NCBI GenBank assembly: GCA_951406725.2 | Contig: OX597814.1 | Span: 94,240,001-94,304,000, forward strand | Origin: Octopus vulgaris | Lineage: Eukaryota | DNA length: 64,000 nucleotides | Direction of reading: 5' to 3' | In this document: positions 56,739 to 64,000 of the stretch, in pieces | Position numbering within the stretch: the stretch's first letter is position 1 | How the letters are laid out: every line of letters begins with the position of its first letter | Translations under genes and position numbers: made by a program | Notes under the pieces: generated by a model | Seen by the model: only the letters and a program-made list of their open reading frames with translations | What the model was told of the DNA's origin: nothing | The model's database searches: none

Positions 56739-57842
56739 TGTATATACATAGTTACTATTTATTGTTTAATTGAACGCGACGCATCCATTTCAAGGTAAGT
56801 ATATGTATATATATATATATAAATTATTTATATATATTATACAAAATATTTCACGTAAGCCATTGTTTTAACGCTAAAAGATTATGTAGAAATAATCACC
56901 TGAAGCAATTTTCTCTGATTATGATAACACCCTTGTAGTTAATTAATAGCAAAAGGTAATTAATATTGTTGAGTACTTCATTTTCTGACAACCAAATAAC
57001 ATTTTAAACCTGGAAAAATTATTTTCAAATGAAATGGACAGACGGAATTATCCATTTTTAGATTTCTTATTTTACATTTTCTTTCAGTAACCAGTTTGTT
57101 TTGATTTTACTACCGTAACAACATTATTTTTCATTTATGTATAACTAAATTTAATTATAATTTGAGCATTTAAAAGCACAGATTTAATTTCAAACCGATA
57201 ACTTAGTAAAACTACTAAGTGTAAATTATTAAATAAATATTGCAGAAATTTGGCGTCAGCGACCTTAATTTTCTTTCATAATGATTAATACTTTACTGAA
57301 ATTACTTTAAAATATTTTATTTGATATTGCGTATTTCTATTTCAATGCGTTTTAACAAGTTGAAATTCACCTGGCTCTACCATGTTCTAAATTTAGAAAA
57401 AGACACTTTTCTCTTTCAGTTGTATGAAGAGTCTTAACATACATTCTTTTATTTCTTGGCTCTTTCAATAACAAGATGTTCTGTTTCTACATCTGTATGC
57501 CAATGGAAAGGAAGGATGACATAATGTTTCAGTTAGAATAGATTCATACGTGTGCGGAAGAACGACGAGAGAAATAGGACAGGATACAGCGGAGAGGAAG
57601 GCTCGAACAGGTATAGGGTAGATTGCCAGTACGGAAAAGCGTATCATTTGTAATAATGATAGGTTTATGAGTCTTCGTTCGTTGTATGCTGTTGATTGAA
57701 TCTTTATCGGTATGTCGTAAACACTGTATAATTAGAGTGTTACGGCCCTAGATATTACCCACGTTAGATAGCGGATTATCAAGTGATCATGGACGAAAAG
57801 GAGTTTATCTATATATCTATACTGATAAATGGGTATTTTGTA

Positions 57843-57850
57843 TGTGTGTG

Positions 57851-57923
<73 letters not shown>

Positions 57924-57940
57924 GTGTTTGTGTGTGTGTT

Positions 57941-57979
<39 letters not shown>
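57843..57979. repeat. (TG)n microsatellite
   Basis: Direct read. Confidence 0.95.
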
Positions 57980-59084
57980 CCACATGGCCTCCATGCTTAT
58001 GGACTAAGCTCTCTGGGAACAGCAGGATCAACCCCAACAATAAACATATCTTTGGAACCAGGGTAAACGCTGGAGTATTTTATGCTACTTTGGTCCACCA
58101 ACTGGTGGTACAGGTGGAAATTTTACCCACTTTAAAATACCGTTAGTGCTTACGATCAGTAAAATAAGAAGTATAAGAAGTATAAGCATGGAAATAGAAG
58201 TAGGGGGAGTGAAGAAGGAGAATATTGATCAAAGATTTATACAGTTGATCTATTTTAAATTAGTTGACAGGTAGAGAGAAAAATTAACGTTTTTAGAACT
58301 CAGTTAACTTTTACATATGCTATTCAGGTTGGTTTGGGATAAAATGCTTCTGTGTAGTAGTTTTTTGATGGATCAAATCCTTTCTCTCTAGATGAAATCC
58401 AGGAAGTAAGAAATGATAAGCAGTTCCATCATCCTAAGTTTATTCTCCAAGATAAATGTTCTTTGGTATTATTAGCCAACCGAAGCTTTTTTTTCCAAAC
58501 AGCTTTTAAAATGAAATAAGAATTCACGAACGGAAAACATATTTATTTTCACCGATACGTCATTAGAAAAGTATCACGATAGAATTGTAGAAAAGCTATA
58601 AGGAAAGTGAATATAATTTCTTAAAAGTCAAATGTCAGAATCATGAAGTTGTGAATTCCATCAAAAAGGGGAGATACATCCTGTGAAGTTATAACTGGAC
58701 ATCACTGGATGAAGTCTTAGATTGCATAAATCACTGAGAATCAACGGTTCTAATGTTCAGAAATATGGGTTTAAATTTTGACAACACAATCCACTCTCAG
58801 GATAAATTTTGTTATGCGTATAAAGACTCATTGATGTTATTAATACTTCATGTCCTCCTTTCGATTGCTTCTTCAATTTTAAAAAGCATCAAGCATAGGT
58901 ATTGCTGGAGAGGAAAGAGAAATCTTGTATGTACATGGCTAGCCGAAGCTTAAAAAGGCGCAACCAAACAATGAAAGTTGATATTCATACTGAAGCAAAT
59001 GACAAAAAGGACTCTGGAACATTTTATTTTGTTGTCTGGTCTGACAGATATTCCAGGACATCATAGACTGGATCCTGTCGGCAT

Positions 59085-61385
59085 CCTGCAACTGTGAGTA
59101 AATTCAGGTTAAGATGCAAGCTTAGGAATATAGGATGTTGGAATGTTCGAACTTTATTGGACAATGATTGCCTGAAATCTCGTCTGGAGAAAAGATCTGC
59201 GCTTGTTGCAAAAGTGTTACAGCGATATGATTTAGATGTAGCATTAGCCGAAACCAGATTTCATGGAAAAGGTAATTTTGTAGAGAAATCTGCGGGGTGT
59301 CATTTATTTTGGAGCGGTAGAAATGGGACCTATAAGAGAGAATCAGGAGTGGGATTTGCTATCAAAACCACTCTGGTTTCAAAACTTGAGGAACTACCAT
59401 GTAGTCATTCTGATCATTTGATGTCTTTAAGACTTCCGTTAAGAAAAAAGGTCGCTATGCAACACTCATAAGTATATATGACCCAACTATGAATTCATCA
59501 GAGGATGATAAACTTGATTTCTATCTATCAGTTACAGAGATTATATGCAGTACACCCGCTGATGACAAAGTTGTTATTTAAAGTGATTTTAATGCTCGGT
59601 TAGTGCAGAGTGGGTGACCTTGGGTGTCTTAGGAAAACATGGGGTTGAGAGTTCCAACAGTAATGGTTTACTATTATTACGAATGTGCGTAGAGACGGAT
59701 TTGTGTGTCACGAACACAATATTTCAATTACAAAATAAGTATAAAACGACATGGATGCACTCTAGTTCTAAGAAACGAGATATTAGGGAGTTTGATATTG
59801 TGCAGGTGATGCGTAGTGCAAAGTGCTGGATCGACCATAGTTGAATTTTGTTATCAAGCCTAAGATTAGAGCAAAAATTGACAAGTTACCTAGATGGATT
59901 AATGTCAACAAACTTAAGATACCATCAGTGCACACTGAGTTTCTTTGTGAGATAAATAATTTGTCCTGTGATGGAAGTTGCAAGTCATTCAAAGAAAAGG
60001 TGTATAAGCTTTGTAATAACATTACTGGCTTTGCTGTAAAAAAAGAACCAAGATTGGTTTGACGATAATGATGAAGAATGTAATCTTATCTTATTGGAGA
60101 AGCGAAAGGCATTTAACATTTTGTAAAATGTTGAGATGTCAGCGAATAGGACAGTGGCTACATATTTCAAAGGAGTAAAAGCAACACTGCAGATGAAGCT
60201 GATGATGATGCAGAAAAGTTGGTGGAGTGATAGATGCGATGAAATTCAAGAAGCTTTAAATGCTAACAATTCCAAACTTTTTTACTCTCTCTTAAAAATA
60301 GTTTATATACCAGTTTAATCAATATCTGTGTCACTTCGTAGCGAGGATGGCACAGAATTATTAACAAATCCTAAAGATATTGTTAGGAGATGAAAAGAGC
60401 ATTTCCATGAGTTGCCCTAGATCCACTAAAGTTGACCTCTCTTTTCTTGAGAAAACAAAACATCTTTTAGCAGAGATTTCAACCTGGCTGAAATAAAAGC
60501 AGCAATCAAGAAATCGAACAATGGAAATGACCCTGGTATGGATGAACTATGTGTAGAGACATATGAATATGGTGGTAATCATCTCTGTGCAATGTTGACG
60601 GATGTGGTTCAAAAGGTTTGGCATAATGAAAAGGTACCTCCGGATTGACGTGAGGCGATTATGGTGATAATATATAAATCGAAAGGTGGAAAGGATGTCT
60701 GTGATAATTATCGCAGCACCTGCCTGTTAGTTGTTGCTGGAAAGGCCCTTTGTAAGGTAATTCTGGACAGATTGCTTCTGCACATTGCTGATGAGGTTCT
60801 GCCAGAATTGCAATGTGGGTTTAGGGATAGTAGGAGTACTATGGATATGATATTTACAGCTAGATAGTTGCAAGAGAAGTGCATCGAACAGGATGCGGAC
60901 TTATAGCAGGTTTGTTTTCCTTGAGCTAACGAAAGCATTTGATTATGTCGATAGAGTTGCACTTTGGAAGATCCTGAAAAAGCTAGAATGCCCTGAAAAA
61001 TTTGTGAGAATGCCTGGACATGACAAAATGAAAATGAGAGTTAATGATGGAGGTACCTTATCAGATCCAATTTCTGTGGAAAATGGTGTAAAAGAAGGTG
61101 GTATTCCTGCTCCTACATTGTTTGCTATGTATTTTACAATAGTCTTTCAAACAGCTTTTGAAGATTGCCCTGAAGAGGTTTATATATGATACAGGGCAAT
61201 GGGAAAACTTTCAATCTCAAAAGACTTTATACGAAAACGAAAGTTCAACATTCTCACCTCATTGAGTTCCTGTATGCAGATAATTGAGACCTGTTGGCCC
61301 ATTTCCAGAAAGATATGCAACACATGCTGAATGCTATTTCTGCAGCATGTGCAGCATTGGGTTTAACGATCAATCCGAAAAAAAA
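59085..61385 (+). mobile_element. RTE-clade LINE (APE plus RT), decayed and 3'-truncated
   Basis: IGCWNVRTLLD, RSALVA..LQRY, ETRF, FWSG..RESGVGFAI, DFNAR, SNGLLLL, CDNYR, PELQCGFR..RSTMDMIF, LTKAFD, GVKEGGIPAPTLF, EFLYAD. Confidence 0.92.
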
Positions 61386-61394
61386 GTTATATGT

Positions 61395-61705
61395 ACCAGC
61401 TTGCTCCGTCCAAGATGTATGTGGAATCTTTTATAGAAGCACTCCGTCGGTTACGACGACGAGGGTCCGAGCTTATACAGTCAACAGAAAAGCTTGCTCG
61501 TGATATTAACGTACAGGTGGCTGAGCATTCCACAGACACGTGTATCCTTAATGTAGTTCTCAAGGAAATTCAGCGCGACACAGAGCGCGACAAAGCTGGC
61601 CCTTGAAATACTGGTACTACTCATTTTTGCCAGCTGAGTGGACTGGAGCAACGTGAAATAAAGTTTCTTGCTCAAGGACACAACGCGTCACTGGGAATTG
61701 AACTC
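61395..61705 (-). mobile_element. SINE (related to 2600-2785 and 24015-24200)
   Basis: tttttgccagctgagtggactggagcaacgtgaaataaag.ttcttgctcaaggacacaacgcg, plus a B-box-like segment at ~61695. Confidence 0.65.
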
Positions 61706-61714
61706 AGCAGAGAG

Positions 61715-62195
61715 GCTTACATCAAGTGCTCGGAGAAGGTAGCACTGGCCTGGGTCAAGACGGTGGTTGCTGGAAGACCTTATGTCTGGCAACATGACTC
61801 TGCACCATGCCACACATGCAAGAGAACCTACTCATGGCTATCAGACAGTTTCCGCGCCCACATCACGCCTAACATCTGGCCACCTAGCTCCCCTGACTGA
61901 TATCCCCTTTATTACTATGTGTGAGATGCAGTTGAGTGAGGAACCAACAAAACCCTTTGTAACACCAAGCGTGAACTGAAGGCAAGGATTATGGCAGCAT
62001 TCACCACCTTAAACAAGGAGACTGTCCAGAAGAGTTGCAGGAGATTCCGAAGTCGTCTGGAGGCCGTGGTTGAAATCAGTGGCGATTTTATTGAATGAAT
62101 TTAATCTTTAGTATTTCAAGATATTTTATGTAATTTTGGTAAATATATCTTAAAATAAGAGTTAGTGTTATTTTCATTTTTGCGTAATTTAGATG
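61715..62195 (+). mobile_element. maT/DD37D-like transposase 3' fragment
   Basis: GRPYVWQHDSAPCHT...WPPSSPD.YPL.Y...ELKARI...CRRFRSRLEAVVE..GDFIE. Homologous to 9506-9790. Confidence 0.88.
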
Positions 62196-62212
62196 AATTT
62201 TTGCGTAATTAA

Positions 62213-62585
62213 AAACTTTCATTCAATCAAGATACTCTTGGCTTGACGAGTAGCCTGCAATATACACCTCGCTTGAATATTTACCACTCCCGAGGTCCCA
62301 CAACCTATGAAAAATATGTACCCCGGATCTTATCTTCTATATTCCTTAACTCTTGTGTACATGAAAGAATCGATCAGAATGCCACATTCTGATCGATTCT
62401 TCCATGTGTTATCAAGTACCTCCTTGCGACGATGTAAACTTTCGTTCAGTCAAGATACTCTTGGACAGACGCGTAGTCTACGGTATACACCTCGATTGGA
62501 TATATATACCACTTCCGATGTTCCGCTCGCTATGTAACGTATATATCCCGGAACTTATCTTCTCCATTCATTCCTTAAGTCTTCT
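62213..62585. repeat. Diverged direct repeat, ~224 bp period
   Basis: aaactttc.ttca.tcaagatactcttgg...tatacacctcg.ttg.atat..accact.ccga...cccgga.cttatcttct..attccttaa starts at 62213 and at 62437. Confidence 0.75.
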
Positions 62586-62796
62586 ATTCTTATTTGCATA
62601 CCCGACAACCCTGGTCGCATACCGTGAAATATAAAAAGAACTTTTTCAGTTTATCATACTTCGATATGAAAATAGTCCACAAACATCCGTCTCACTAAAC
62701 CAATATTGTCCCTAAATGTTGTTTTTAATATTTACTACGGTTTGCTTCAAGCTAACTTTCTTCTTACACCTCGATCCTTCGATTTTATATTTATAA

Positions 62797-62839
<43 letters not shown>

Positions 62840-62878
62840 TGTGTGTGTGGTGTATATGTATGTATATGTGTATATATA

Positions 62879-62924
<46 letters not shown>

Positions 62925-62973
62925 TATATATGTATATATATATGTATATGTACATATATATATATGTAGATGT

Positions 62974-63005
<32 letters not shown>

Positions 63006-63035
63006 ATATATAGAGAGAGACAGACAGACAGAGTG

Positions 63036-63100
<65 letters not shown>

Positions 63101-63684
63101 TAATATTGTAATTTAAGCCCTTGCGATTTTCATGTTCTATTTTAATTTATTTCTCCCTCAATGTATTTTATCTCGCTTAATGCCCTCTACAGTCAAATTC
63201 CTTAATTATTATTCAAACAGCTTAAACATCGCATGCTTAAAATCACAAAATTTTAGGTAAGCGATATCTGAGATGCAACGATATCAGCATAATTACAAGT
63301 TTAAATTCTTGATCTAGCAACGGTTTCTTATTCAATCCATTAACAAAATTCATTAATAGCTCTGTCAAATACTACATCATTTTTGTATCACATGCTGCAA
63401 ATTGCAATTTGTTTTATAATCTCTTTCATTTCTGCATTTTAAGACAACCGATGCAAAATATCTCATTAAAAGATCAAATTAATCTTTCTAGGTATCACCT
63501 TTAGGATGAACCTATTGCGCATTGCTAAACACTGAATTATAAATGCTTCATGAAACATACATTGGATTTTTAATAAACCAAAATCTCATTTGTCTAACAT
63601 ACGGTCGTTATATTCGCATGGACCAATGGTTTCAGATTTGAAAAATAAGAATGTATAATCACGGAACATATACTGGATTGCTTC

Positions 63685-63740
<56 letters not shown>

Positions 63741-64000
63741 CATCTAAAGTCTACCTCCTGAAAAAGACTTCGCCTAGCAAATTATTTTATTTTCTAAAAA
63801 ATGTCAGAAACCATTGGTCCAGGAATTAAATGGTAAATGTTTTATTTTTCATTCCCTTCGAAATTTTATCCCTAATAGTGCTTTGGAATTCAAGTGTTCT
63901 CTCTTGCGTGCAGGGAGTCCTATGATGGATGCTTCTTATGTGTTTAAATGTACACTGTATTTATATGAATAATATATAGTCTGTTGACTAAATTTTTACA

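Overview
AT-rich, microsatellite-dense eukaryotic genomic DNA. The repeat landscape suggests a coleoid cephalopod, probably Octopus; this is inferred from the repeats, not proven. The only host coding sequence I can support is the terminal exon of a classical aquaporin (16568-16777, + strand, VYWVGP...). No upstream exon is visible, which implies an intron longer than 16 kb. Its stop codon sits in the UGA-CUAG readthrough context used by vertebrate AQP4 and is followed by an in-frame acidic 27-codon extension ending in TAG-TGA. This candidate AQP4ex-like readthrough isoform is the top finding. The rest is mostly decayed mobile DNA: mariner and maT-type DNA transposons, CR1 and RTE LINEs, many R4/Dong-type LINE fragments in (TAA)n tracts, tRNA-derived SINEs, and several Penelope-like elements. 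The Penelope-like termini carry hammerhead-ribozyme motifs, including one intact copy, one U3-A8 covariant, one family with a CUGUNGA core, and one tRNA-headed module. Most ORFs in the supplied track are microsatellite artefacts.
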